DNA from: an uncultured Planctomycetales bacterium
GTDB lineage: Bacteria > Planctomycetota > Phycisphaerae > UBA1845 > PWPN01
Reading direction: 5' to 3'
DNA length: 64,000 bases
Assembly: GCA_964384465.1 (NCBI GenBank)
Contig: CAYLLT010000019.1
Location: forward strand, 2,826 to 66,825
The notes beneath the pieces were generated by a model, which worked only from the letters and a program-made list of their open reading frames with translations, searched no databases and was not told the origin of the DNA. Shown here one piece after another: positions 38,880 to 47,029 of the stretch (within the stretch, counting starts at the first letter, position 1; each line of letters opens with the position of its first letter). Both the position numbers and the translations under genes were made by a program.

Positions 38880-39656
38880 TTAAACTTTGCTGAATGAGGT
38901 GCGGGCGGCCTGCGTGCCGTCGGGGAGGTCCACGAATTCGTAGTCGCCGAAAAGGTTTGCCGCCTCGCGTTTGAGGACGCGCAGCACCTCGCCAGCAACT
39001 TTGCGGATCTCGACCTCCGCGTGCTCGCTACAGCGTAGCTCGATAAAATGCCGCAGGGCGCGGACGTTGGCGGTGACAAAGATCTTCGTCTCGGTGGCGT
39101 TGGGCAGAATCGAACGGGCCGCCTGCCGGGCCATTTTGCGTCGAAGCGTCTTATCCTCCAAATCCGCGTATTTACTCATCAGGCCTTCGACGAGAATGCA
39201 GTAGGCCTCGTGGCATTTCTCGACCGCCTCGAGCCAGGTCGCGTGGAGTTTGGGGTCGTCGGCGATGCAGTCGGGCTCCACGAAGTCGGCAGTGGACTCA
39301 TCGACGTAGCGCTGCGACAGTTGGGAATAGCCGAAGCCGGCGCGGTGGCGCACCAGCTCGTGCGTGAAGCTGCGGGAAACCCCGGCGATGACGAAGTTGA
39401 ACACCGCGTGCTCCAGCACGCTGCCGTGGCCGACCTGGAGCAAATGGCCGATGTAGGCGCTGTTCCCGCCGGGCCGGGGCTTGGCGAAGCTCATGTAGCA
39501 GAGGCGGCCGGCGACTTCGCAGAGTTTTTCCGCAGCGACTTCGGTATCGGTCGTCCACTGCGTCGCGCCATGATCGGCCAGCAAGCGGTCCAGCTCGGAT
39601 TGATCGAGCATCTGCCGGCCCACGAGATACACTTTCGGGTCGCGTATGATTTTCAC
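38880..39656 (-). CDS. thyX: FAD-dependent thymidylate synthase
   Basis: ThyX motif SRSFTHELVRHR. GTG start at 39656 preceded by AGGAG. Confidence 0.9.
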   Translation of the reverse strand: MKIIRDPKVYLVGRQMLDQSELDRLLADHGATQWTTDTEVAAEKLCEVAGRLCYMSFAKPRPGGNSAYIGHLLQVGHGSVLEHAVFNFVIAGVSRSFTHELVRHRAGFGYSQLSQRYVDESTADFVEPDCIADDPKLHATWLEAVEKCHEAYCILVEGLMSKYADLEDKTLRRKMARQAARSILPNATETKIFVTANVRALRHFIELRCSEHAEVEIRKVAGEVLRVLKREAANLFGDYEFVDLPDGTQAARTSFSKV

Positions 39657-39924
39657 CGCAGGGGACTCCTTTCACGCCTGCCGTGGTGTTGCACCCCGGC
39701 GAAATCGTCAATCTATCGTATGAGGGCGCGTTTGCAATGACGAACGGGCAAGATGTCGGACGCTAGTGTGTGAGGGATTTCACAGAGGCGCCGGAGGCTT
39801 CTTGTGCTGCATACGTTATGGTGGACAGCTTGAGTTTTTCACGCTCGCGGAACTTTCCACTCGGGGCTATTGCGTCATGCCTCAAGGATCGCGGTGGCAA
39901 TTCCTTCGCGGATCCTTGCACCTG

Positions 39925-39953
39925 TTGAATCGTTCGGTCGGCGCGGGTATACT
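39925..39953 (+). promoter_or_regulatory. Sigma-70-like promoter candidate TTGAAT-17-TATACT, ~250 nt upstream of the homocysteine methyltransferase gene
   Basis: TTGAAT 39925-39930, 17-nt spacer, TATACT 39948-39953. Confidence 0.45.
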
Positions 39954-40203
39954 GAATGTCAGTTGCGGAGTATTCCGTTCATTTGCTTCGAGTTCGGCAT
40001 CCGAATCAACTCGTCTTGCTCTGACGTGCTTTCCGGTGGGAAACTCTAAGTTGCGCGCCCCTGGGGGGACGGATCCTTCAGGTCCGGTCCCGGCGCATCC
40101 ACGTTTGGCCCGATGCCGGGAAGCGACCGTTCCCGCGCGCGTGCACGCGCCGCGCACGTGGATATAATGCGCCCATGTCCGCAGCTGACCGGCAGGGGAG
40201 TTC

Positions 40204-41070
40204 ATGGGCATTAGTGTTGCCGAATATGCAAAGGGCGTCACCATCGCCGATGGCGCATGGGGTACGGAGCTGGACAAGCTCGGCTGCCCGCCCGGCTTCT
40301 GCCGTGAGGAATGGAACGTCACGCGGCCTGATCTCGTTCAACAAGTGGCCGACGGTTACGTCGCCGCCGGCGCGAAAATCATCCTGACCAACACTTTTGG
40401 GGCCAACAAATACGTCCTCGGCCGGCACGAGCGGGCCGAGCAGGTCGTGCCGTTCAACCGCGCGGGTGCCGAGATCAGCAAGCGTTCCGCCGGTAAAAAG
40501 GCCCGCGTGTTCGGTTGTATCGGGCCGAGCGGCAAGATCGTGATGATGGGCGAGGTCGAGGAGGAGGATCTTTTTGCCGCCTTCAAGCAGCAGGCGGAGG
40601 CATTGGCGGAGAGCGGCGCCGACGGGCTGGTGGTGGAGACGATGACCGAGCTGGCGGAGGCGGTGGTGGCGGTGCGTGCGGCCAGGACGACCGGTCTGCC
40701 GGTCGTGGGCAGCATGACCTTCGACAGCGGTAAGACGCGGACGGACACCATGATGGGCGTGACGCCGCAGCAGGCGGTGGCCGCTCTAACTGAGGCCGGC
40801 GCGGATATCATCGGCTGCAACTGCGGCATCGGCATCGAAAACTATATCTTGGTCACCGAGATGCTGCGGGCGGCGACGGACAAGCCGATCTGGGTCAAAG
40901 CCAACGCCGGCCTCCCGGAAATCGAAGGCGGCCAGGTCGTCTACAAAATGACGCCGCAGGAGTACGCGACCAAATCAAAGGGCCTCGTCAAAGCGGGCGC
41001 CAACATCATCGGCGGCTGCTGCGGCACCAGCCCCGACTTCATCCGTACTCTGTGTGCGACACTCTTTTGA
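40204..41070 (+). CDS. Homocysteine S-methyltransferase domain protein (stand-alone MetH N-terminal-like module)
   Basis: ADGAWGTEL, ILTNTFGAN, zinc-ligand region GCNCG...GGCCGTSPDFI. GGGGAG RBS before ATG 40204. Confidence 0.85.
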   Translation: MGISVAEYAKGVTIADGAWGTELDKLGCPPGFCREEWNVTRPDLVQQVADGYVAAGAKIILTNTFGANKYVLGRHERAEQVVPFNRAGAEISKRSAGKKARVFGCIGPSGKIVMMGEVEEEDLFAAFKQQAEALAESGADGLVVETMTELAEAVVAVRAARTTGLPVVGSMTFDSGKTRTDTMMGVTPQQAVAALTEAGADIIGCNCGIGIENYILVTEMLRAATDKPIWVKANAGLPEIEGGQVVYKMTPQEYATKSKGLVKAGANIIGGCCGTSPDFIRTLCATLF

Positions 41071-41077
41071 TTCAAGC

Positions 41078-41668
41078 TCAGCCTGCTATCATCTTTCTGA
41101 AGCGCCAACCGTAGTGCCACGGCGGCAGGTCGATCACGTTACCGACCGGCTCCAACCGGCCGGTCTGTTCGGACCAGTCGGCGATCTGTTGCGGCTGGGG
41201 GCGGATGTCCATCGATGGTCCGCGCGGCGTCGCGGGATCATGTCGCCAGTGAATCACCAGAATAAAACCTCCCAGCCGGACGACATCCGCGGAAAAATTC
41301 AGCATCCGCAGCGGCTGCTCGCCGTGCAGAATATTGAAAAGCAGGCAGGCATCGACCGATTCATTCCTCATTCCGTAACCGGTATCAACCACATCCCGCT
41401 GCTCGCAGATCACGTTCGTAATACCGGCAGCGATCGCCCGCTCGCGCGTTCTCTCGACCATCTGAGGTTCGATATCGAGGGCGTACAACTTTCCGCTGAT
41501 ACGCTGGGCGATCGGCAAAGTAAATGTCCCGTAGCCACAGCCCAGCTCGACTACGTTGCCCAGCGTTGCATCGATACCGAGACGATCCAGAATGAGAGGG
41601 ATGTCGAACAGGCTTTCCCAGAGCGTTTCATCGGGCATGTGGCTCTGACGGAGCTTCATGACTCTCAC
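41078..41668 (-). CDS. Class I SAM-dependent methyltransferase
   Basis: Motif I VVELGCGYGTFT, then LYALDIEPQMVE. Confidence 0.8.
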   Translation of the reverse strand: MRVMKLRQSHMPDETLWESLFDIPLILDRLGIDATLGNVVELGCGYGTFTLPIAQRISGKLYALDIEPQMVERTRERAIAAGITNVICEQRDVVDTGYGMRNESVDACLLFNILHGEQPLRMLNFSADVVRLGGFILVIHWRHDPATPRGPSMDIRPQPQQIADWSEQTGRLEPVGNVIDLPPWHYGWRFRKMIAG

Positions 41669-41685
41669 CGGAGGATGGCCGCCGA

Positions 41686-42033
41686 TCAGCCGCCCGCGCC
41701 TTTGTTGGCCCGATACTTGATAACGTGCACCTTCTCCAGCGTCACCAGGCCCTCTTCCACCATCCGGTCGATGTGGGGCAGCAAGGTCTGAATTTTCTCT
41801 TCCGAATCGACGATTTCGATGATGATGGGCAGGTCCTCGGACAGTCGCAGGATTTTGGTGGTATGCATCCGGCTGTGAGCGCCAAAGCCCATCGGTCCGC
41901 GCAGCACGGTCGCGCCGGCCAGATGCAGTTCCCGCGCCTTTTTCACGATGGCTTCATAGAGCGGCAATCCCTGGAAGCGATCGCTCTCGCCGATGAAAAC
42001 ACGCAGCAGTTGTGCTTCGCCTTCGAGTTTCAT
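41686..42033 (-). CDS. DUF190 (PII-like fold) protein, the usual CrcB neighbour
   Basis: Start ATG 42033. LLRVFIGESDRFQGLPLYEAIVKKARELHLAGATVLRGPMGFG is characteristic of DUF190. Confidence 0.75.
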   Translation of the reverse strand: MKLEGEAQLLRVFIGESDRFQGLPLYEAIVKKARELHLAGATVLRGPMGFGAHSRMHTTKILRLSEDLPIIIEIVDSEEKIQTLLPHIDRMVEEGLVTLEKVHVIKYRANKGAGG

Positions 42034-42131
42034 ACCTGCCTCGCCGTTTCGAGCACCAGTTGGACCGTATGCTCCGTTGTCCGCATGGTCGATATTAGAG
42101 TAATTCATAGGTCACTGGACGGGGATCCCTT

Positions 42132-42195
42132 GTACCAGCACGAAGCGCAAGCGAGTGTTTGTGGCAGAAGACACTCGCTTGCGCTTCGTGCTGGT
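42132..42195. repeat. REP-like hairpin with a perfect 26-bp stem ('CACGAAGCGCAAGCGAGTGT' family)
   Basis: taccagcacgaagcgcaagcgagtgt (42132-42157) is the exact reverse complement of 42170-42195. 12-nt loop. Confidence 0.95.
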
Positions 42196-42220
42196 ATCGT
42201 CCACTGACTTGGTAACTGAA

Positions 42221-42604
42221 TTAGACGCCGAACCATTTTTCCCCCAGCCGATAGCCCAGCATAACGGCGGCCAGCCCGAGCGCCACACTCAGCAGTACGT
42301 TCACGACGGCACGCATGTTTTGGCCGTCGTTGGCCAGGGAAAACGTCTCCCAGCCGAACGCCGAGAACGTGGTGAACCCGCCGAGCACGCCGACGATCAG
42401 CCCGATGCGGTACTCCGGGCGGATCAGAATCGGTCCGCTGAACAGAAAGTTGAGGAAGCCGATAGCGAAGCAACCGGTGACATTGACCAGGAGCGTGCCC
42501 AGCGGAAACGAACCGTTCATCAGCTTCTGGCCCCAGCCGGACACCAGGTAGCGCAGCACAGATCCGCCGCCGCCGCCGATTGCAATCAGGATGAATCTCT
42601 GCAT
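42221..42604 (-). CDS. crcB: Fluoride ion channel CrcB/FluC
   Basis: 127 aa, four TM segments. GGGGGSVLRY, GTLLVNVTGCF and GFTTFSAF motifs. Confidence 0.9.
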   Translation of the reverse strand: MQRFILIAIGGGGGSVLRYLVSGWGQKLMNGSFPLGTLLVNVTGCFAIGFLNFLFSGPILIRPEYRIGLIVGVLGGFTTFSAFGWETFSLANDGQNMRAVVNVLLSVALGLAAVMLGYRLGEKWFGV

Positions 42605-42622
42605 CGCTACCTCAGTGTTCCT

Positions 42623-43396
42623 CTACCCAGTTCTTCGGTTCAAACACTCGCTCATCGCCAGCCGGAAGCCGAAATCCTCGAACCGCTTGTCCGGCGCGAG
42701 GCTGCTGCGGGCGGCGCAGCGGGCGTACTTGATGTCGTGCCGCCAGGAGCCGCCGCGGGCGGCGCGGCGATCGCTGCTCGCAGGGCCGAGCGGATTATCG
42801 CGTGGGCTATGATAGTAGTAGTGCGGATCATAGTAGTCGGCGCACCATTCGTGCACGTTGTCGGCCATGTGGTAAAGTCCAAAGTCATTCGGCCCGGCGG
42901 CTTCGGGGCAGCGGATCACCATCGGCCCGCCGATGACCGGGCCGGCGAGACCGCGCTCGTACGGGCCGGCCAGCGGCAGCGGCTCATCGCCCCACGGATA
43001 CGCCAACTGCTCGCGTCCGCCGCGGCAGGCATATTCACGCTGAGCTTCCGTGGGCAGGTGATACCGCCGCCCGGTCATCGATGAAAGCCAGTCCGCATAC
43101 GCGACGGCATCGTTCCAGCTTACGCCGCAGACGGGAAGATTCGGATGCTCGAATCGCGGCTGTTGCCAGCCCGCCGGCGCCGCGTGGTGTGTCTCACATA
43201 GGAAAACCGCGTATTCGGCGTTGGTGACGGGGCACACGGCCATGGCGAACGGATCGACCCGCACCTCATGCACCGGTTGCTCGTCAGCCCGGCCGCTCTT
43301 ATCGCCCATGAGGAACGCTCCGCCGGGCAGATCGCGCATGTCGGGCCGTATCGGACCGGCCCCACTGGTGGACGCATTGTTCATGCCGGAATTCAC
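42623..43396 (-). CDS. Formylglycine-generating enzyme (SUMF1/FGE) family protein
   Basis: DEQPVHEVRVDPFAMAVCPVTNAEY, YHLPTEAQREYACRGG, RGGSWRH...RCAARS. Confidence 0.85.
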   Translation of the reverse strand: MNSGMNNASTSGAGPIRPDMRDLPGGAFLMGDKSGRADEQPVHEVRVDPFAMAVCPVTNAEYAVFLCETHHAAPAGWQQPRFEHPNLPVCGVSWNDAVAYADWLSSMTGRRYHLPTEAQREYACRGGREQLAYPWGDEPLPLAGPYERGLAGPVIGGPMVIRCPEAAGPNDFGLYHMADNVHEWCADYYDPHYYYHSPRDNPLGPASSDRRAARGGSWRHDIKYARCAARSSLAPDKRFEDFGFRLAMSECLNRRTG

Positions 43397-43582
43397 CCCC
43401 TCATTAGACTCTTTTAGCTGTCCGGTTCAATCCTCCTTGACTCCGGCCGGTGGATGGGCTAAAACAAGGCAGCCTCCGATTGGGTCTTCAACGTCATTTT
43501 CAGGTTTGTGCTCATCGGGCGTCGTGTTTCTCCACGGCGGGCCGATCCGCATTCTTACCTTTCGACGGGGTTGGATTCAGGC

Positions 43583-44707
43583 ATGACGGCAGCGCTCGCA
43601 GAAGGCACGCTCGAACTACACGATAAGGGCTGGGGGTTCCTCCGCTCGGCCAAGCGCAATTACGCGGTCCATCCGACCGACCCGCTGGTGTCGGGCGACA
43701 TGGTCCGGCGGCTCGCCCTGCGCGGCGGCGAGAACGTCATCGGCCCCGCCCAGCGTTCCAATGGCCGGCAGGGCGGCCCGCAGTCCCAATTCTCACTGGC
43801 ATCCGTCGAGACCATCAACGGCCTGGTCCCTGACGTCTACGGCGAACTCAAACCCTTCGGCGAGCTGACGGTCGTCGATCCGCGGCAGCGACTGCGGTTC
43901 GAGATCCCCGGCGGGCCGCTCACCATGCGTGTCGTCGATCTGATGACGCCCATCGGCCGGGGCCAGCGCGGCCTCATCGCCGCCCCGCCGCGGACCGGCA
44001 AGACCATCCTGCTCCAGCAGATGGCCGCCGGCATCGCCGCCAATCACCCCGACATCTACATGATGGTGCTGCTCATCGACGAGCGGCCCGAAGAAGTCAC
44101 CGAGATGCGGCGGACGGTGCACGGAGAAGTCGTCGCCTCCAGCAACGATCAGGACATCACCAGCCACCTCCGCATTGCCCGCCTCATGATCGAAAAGGGC
44201 AAGCGCATGGTCGAGGCCGGCCAGCACATCCTCATCCTGCTCGATTCGCTCACGCGGCTCGGCCGGGCGTTCAACGCCGGCACGCGCTCTTCGGGCCGAA
44301 CCATGAGCGGCGGAATGGACATCCGCGCGCTGACCGAGCCCAAGGCCATCTTCGGCGCCGCCCGCAACATCGAGCACGGCGGATCGCTCACCATCATGGC
44401 CTCCGCCCTCATCGAGACCGGCAGCCGCATGGACGAGGTGATCTTCAACGAGTTCAAGGGCACCGGCAACATGGAGATCATGCTCACCCGCGAGCTGGCC
44501 AACCTGCGGATCTGGCCGTCGATGGACCTGAACCAGTCCGGCACCCGCAAGGAGGAGCTGCTCCTCGGCAAGGAGATTGTCGAAAAGATCTACCGCCTCC
44601 GCCGCCAGATCAGCCCCATGCCCATCAACAAGGCCATGGAAACCCTCCTCGAATCCCTCTCCAAGTACCCCAGCAACCAGGCCTTCCTCGACAGCATGGC
44701 CAAGTAA
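43583..44707 (+). CDS. rho: Transcription termination factor Rho (short N-terminus)
   Basis: Start ATG 43583. OB/RNA-binding region GTLELHDKGWGFLR. Walker A PPRTGKT, LLIDERPEEV, DSLTRLGRA, and the C-terminal Rho motifs. Confidence 0.92.
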   Translation: MTAALAEGTLELHDKGWGFLRSAKRNYAVHPTDPLVSGDMVRRLALRGGENVIGPAQRSNGRQGGPQSQFSLASVETINGLVPDVYGELKPFGELTVVDPRQRLRFEIPGGPLTMRVVDLMTPIGRGQRGLIAAPPRTGKTILLQQMAAGIAANHPDIYMMVLLIDERPEEVTEMRRTVHGEVVASSNDQDITSHLRIARLMIEKGKRMVEAGQHILILLDSLTRLGRAFNAGTRSSGRTMSGGMDIRALTEPKAIFGAARNIEHGGSLTIMASALIETGSRMDEVIFNEFKGTGNMEIMLTRELANLRIWPSMDLNQSGTRKEELLLGKEIVEKIYRLRRQISPMPINKAMETLLESLSKYPSNQAFLDSMAK

Positions 44708-44717
44708 CCTCCCCATT

Positions 44718-44834
44718 GTGGCACGGGCGTCCCGCCAGTGGTGTGGCGCTGAGGTCTGTCCGAACCCCGCACCCCAGTGAGAGGTCCCTGATCCGAGCCG
44801 CGAGCGCAAGCGAGCGGTCTTTCGCGCGCGACTC
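44718..44834. repeat. Degenerate REP fragments downstream of rho (one 'GTGGCACGGGCGTC' unit, one 'GATCCGAGCCGCGA' unit)
   Basis: gtggcacgggcgtc at 44718-44731 equals the reverse complement of the 53881-53903 unit over 14 nt. ctgatccgagccgcgagcgcaagcgagcg at 44789-44817 combines the 5' part of the 23031/34861 family with an AGCGCAAGCGAG core like that in 42132-42195. Confidence 0.6.
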
Positions 44835-44837
44835 ATG

Positions 44838-45167
44838 TCATCCCGCCTGCGGCGAATGCACCCAGTCGAACGCGACCACGCCGTTCAGCCCCCCGTCCAG
44901 CTCGGGGACGATGATCTGCTTGACCTTCTCGTGGTCGGGGTGGGGCAGATACGCGTCACGGCTCTGCGGATCGGCGAAGGTCATCACGAACCCATGCGTG
45001 AACCCTTTGTGCAGACCTTCCCCGCTCGAGTACGGCCCGCCGGAGAAATCGAGCAGTCCGGGGATCTTGCCCCGCAGACCGTCCAGCGCGGCGAATATCT
45101 CGCGGATCTTCCGCTCCGTCGTCGTGTTCTTCAGCTTCAGCAGAACCACGTGCTTGACTTGGGCCAT
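44838..45167 (-). CDS. Dabb (stress-responsive dimeric alpha/beta-barrel) domain protein
   Basis: 109 aa. VKHVVLLKLK......L..LRGKIPGLLDFSGG....HGFVMTFAD...RDAYLPHPDH pattern. Confidence 0.8.
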   Translation of the reverse strand: MAQVKHVVLLKLKNTTTERKIREIFAALDGLRGKIPGLLDFSGGPYSSGEGLHKGFTHGFVMTFADPQSRDAYLPHPDHEKVKQIIVPELDGGLNGVVAFDWVHSPQAG

Positions 45168-45215
45168 AAGTCCTCCATGGGTTGATCGCGGCAGGGGTCC
45201 GGCGCATTCTGCAAA

Positions 45216-46145
45216 TCAGTGAATAATATTAACGCTGCTGGCCGGCTTGGCCGAATCCACGAACTTGTACATCCCGGGATTGTTCGGATTTGGAACCGCA
45301 CCATGCTGCCGACCGCTGATCCATTTCTGGCCGGCGGTATGGATGCAGAAAGCATTCGCCGAGATGTAGTTGGTCTCTGCCGGCGTGATGGCGCCGGCGG
45401 CGGTTCTGGAAACCTCGGGCACCAGAATCCGGCCCACGTGGCCATCGGTGAAGCTCATGTCGCCATAGCCCCAGAGGCCCTGCTTGAGGTGTCGGTTGGC
45501 GATCGAATCGGAGTTGGCCCAGCCGCCTTCATCGTTGGCCGTGCTTTCGAGAGCGACCTCCGGGTCCTCCTCGATGATCAAAGGAACACCGCTGAGCGCG
45601 GTCATCTTCTGCCGGTGATCGTCGCGCGTATAGCTCGGAGTGCTCGCCGTGAGTCGGTTCGCATAATGCGCGCTCGCGAGGTCTTCCGGCTTGGCGCCGG
45701 ACAGTAAGTGATTGGCGGTGAAACTGTGGTAAGACTCGCCCCTGTCCATTCGCGGACGGTAGGTTTTGTCGTCCGGGCAAGTATAAGCCAGCTTCTGTTT
45801 CATCATGTATTTTCGATAAATCACACCCCACTCGGGCTGTTTGCCTCTTATTCCGGACTTGCCATAATGGCGCGTATCCAAATGATTTGGATCATCGTTA
45901 TCGCCGCCGAGCCAGTCGGCGTTATTATCGTAACAGCCGCCGGGCAAGCGTCCTTGGTTGTCGTGGGTGTAGAGCAAGAAGGCCGTCGTGAGTGTCCGAG
46001 CGTTAATCTGGCACTGGGTCATCCGGGCCTGGGCCCGGGCTCGCGCCAAAGAAGGCAACAAGATGGCGATCAGCAAGGCGATGATCGCCACCACCACCAG
46101 AATCTCGATCAAGGTAAACGCCCGTCGCCGTCGGCAAGTTCGCAT
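45216..46145 (-). CDS. DUF1559 protein with a prepilin-type N-terminal cleavage/methylation domain
   Basis: Start ATG 46145. RRRAFTLIEILVVVAIIALLIAILLPSL. C-terminal ...MSFTDGHV (H-X9-DG type). Confidence 0.85.
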   Translation of the reverse strand: MRTCRRRRAFTLIEILVVVAIIALLIAILLPSLARARAQARMTQCQINARTLTTAFLLYTHDNQGRLPGGCYDNNADWLGGDNDDPNHLDTRHYGKSGIRGKQPEWGVIYRKYMMKQKLAYTCPDDKTYRPRMDRGESYHSFTANHLLSGAKPEDLASAHYANRLTASTPSYTRDDHRQKMTALSGVPLIIEEDPEVALESTANDEGGWANSDSIANRHLKQGLWGYGDMSFTDGHVGRILVPEVSRTAAGAITPAETNYISANAFCIHTAGQKWISGRQHGAVPNPNNPGMYKFVDSAKPASSVNIIH

Positions 46146-46293
46146 CCAGACACCTTTGTTCCACAACGTCGTGAACGGGCGAGTTTCAAACAGCAAGCAA
46201 CCAACTGGGAATCCGCCACGCTCCCTGATATCGCTTGGGAAAAGAAAACGGGGCAGGTTCGATTGGTTAGCGGCTCACGACTCGGTCTTGCTT

Positions 46294-46434
46294 TCACTTG
46301 AGGCCGAGTTGTTGCTTAAGCTCCTCCAGCGGCACAGTCTCGGTCTGTCGAGCTCGTTCGTCGAGCAGCGCCATGAGCTTCGCGTTCGCACGCGTGCGGG
46401 CGATCTCCTGGTCGAATTCGTCGATGGCGGTCAT
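46294..46434 (-). CDS. Small hypothetical protein (46 aa), antitoxin-like composition
   Basis: Below the ORF-track cutoff; read by eye. ATG 46434 ... TGA 46294-46296 gives MTAIDEFDQEIARTRANAKLMALLDERARQTETVPLEELKQQLGLK. GGGGA lies 5 nt upstream. Starts 25 nt after the DUF2442 stop. Confidence 0.45.
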   Translation of the reverse strand: MTAIDEFDQEIARTRANAKLMALLDERARQTETVPLEELKQQLGLK

Positions 46435-46459
46435 GATTGTCCCCGGTTTCCGGGCGGCG

Positions 46460-46738
46460 TTATGCCTTTACTCCACTTCCTGTTTGCCTGGCCTGAAGCC
46501 AGCGCTCAAAGGACGCCTGGCTTTCGCTGGATTTTCTGCCGAGCAACAAGCCTTCAACGCCAATGTCCTCATCGAGGTCGGGCCAGTGAATACCGTAGCC
46601 GGCGCCGCTGATTTGAAAGTTCGCGCGCTCCGCGGGTGTGCCATAAGCCAGACGCGGATACCATCCGATGGGAACGGCTATCGTGCGCCCATCTTCGAGG
46701 TCAACCGACAGCATGTCATCCGTAACCGTAACACGCAT
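46460..46738 (-). CDS. DUF2442-domain protein
   Basis: Start ATG 46738. VTVTDDMLSVDLEDGRTIAVPIGWYPRL......ER.NF.ISGAGYGIHWPDLDEDIGVEGLL is the DUF2442 pattern. Confidence 0.7.
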   Translation of the reverse strand: MRVTVTDDMLSVDLEDGRTIAVPIGWYPRLAYGTPAERANFQISGAGYGIHWPDLDEDIGVEGLLLGRKSSESQASFERWLQARQTGSGVKA

Positions 46739-46742
46739 GATT

Positions 46743-47012
46743 CTAGTGAGCGCCGGGGTTGGGGTGACAGAAACGATCCCATTCATTTCTCAACGTCTCC
46801 ACATTGTCCCGAATCGTCCGCTCGATGTCTCGCAGTTCTTTACGACTGAAACCATGGTTCTCGGCCAAGGATACGTTCGGGTCAAGCCAAAACTTGGCGC
46901 TCATGTTCTCTCGGTCAACGTGCGTATGGCGCGGCTCACCGCAGTCGTACGAATAAATAGAAGTATAGACGATATGGCCCGATGCGTAAAGTGGTCGGCA
47001 TCTCAAATGCAC
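46743..47012 (-). CDS. DUF4160-domain protein
   Basis: GTG start at 47012 avoids overlap with the upstream gene. ...YSYDCGEPRHTHVDRENMSAKFWLDPNVSLAENHGFSRKELRDIERTIRDN matches the DUF4160 core (EP.H.HV....AKFWL.P). Confidence 0.65.
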   Translation of the reverse strand: MHLRCRPLYASGHIVYTSIYSYDCGEPRHTHVDRENMSAKFWLDPNVSLAENHGFSRKELRDIERTIRDNVETLRNEWDRFCHPNPGAH

Positions 47013-47029
47013 GGTATCGGGATTTCTAT

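Noticed and set aside
40163-40168. A TATAAT hexamer 36 nt upstream of the homocysteine methyltransferase start, considered as an alternative promoter.
   Set aside because: There is no acceptable -35 element at 16-18 nt spacing. It is kept only as the alternative that would refute the long-leader idea.
43397-43582. Looked for a fluoride (crcB-motif) riboswitch upstream of the FGE-crcB-DUF190 gene string and in the 18-bp gap before crcB.
   Set aside because: No GGCGAUGG...AAAC...CUGAUGnnCCUAC-like core on the minus strand. Only a weak CUAAUGA resemblance with no compatible pseudoknot partner.
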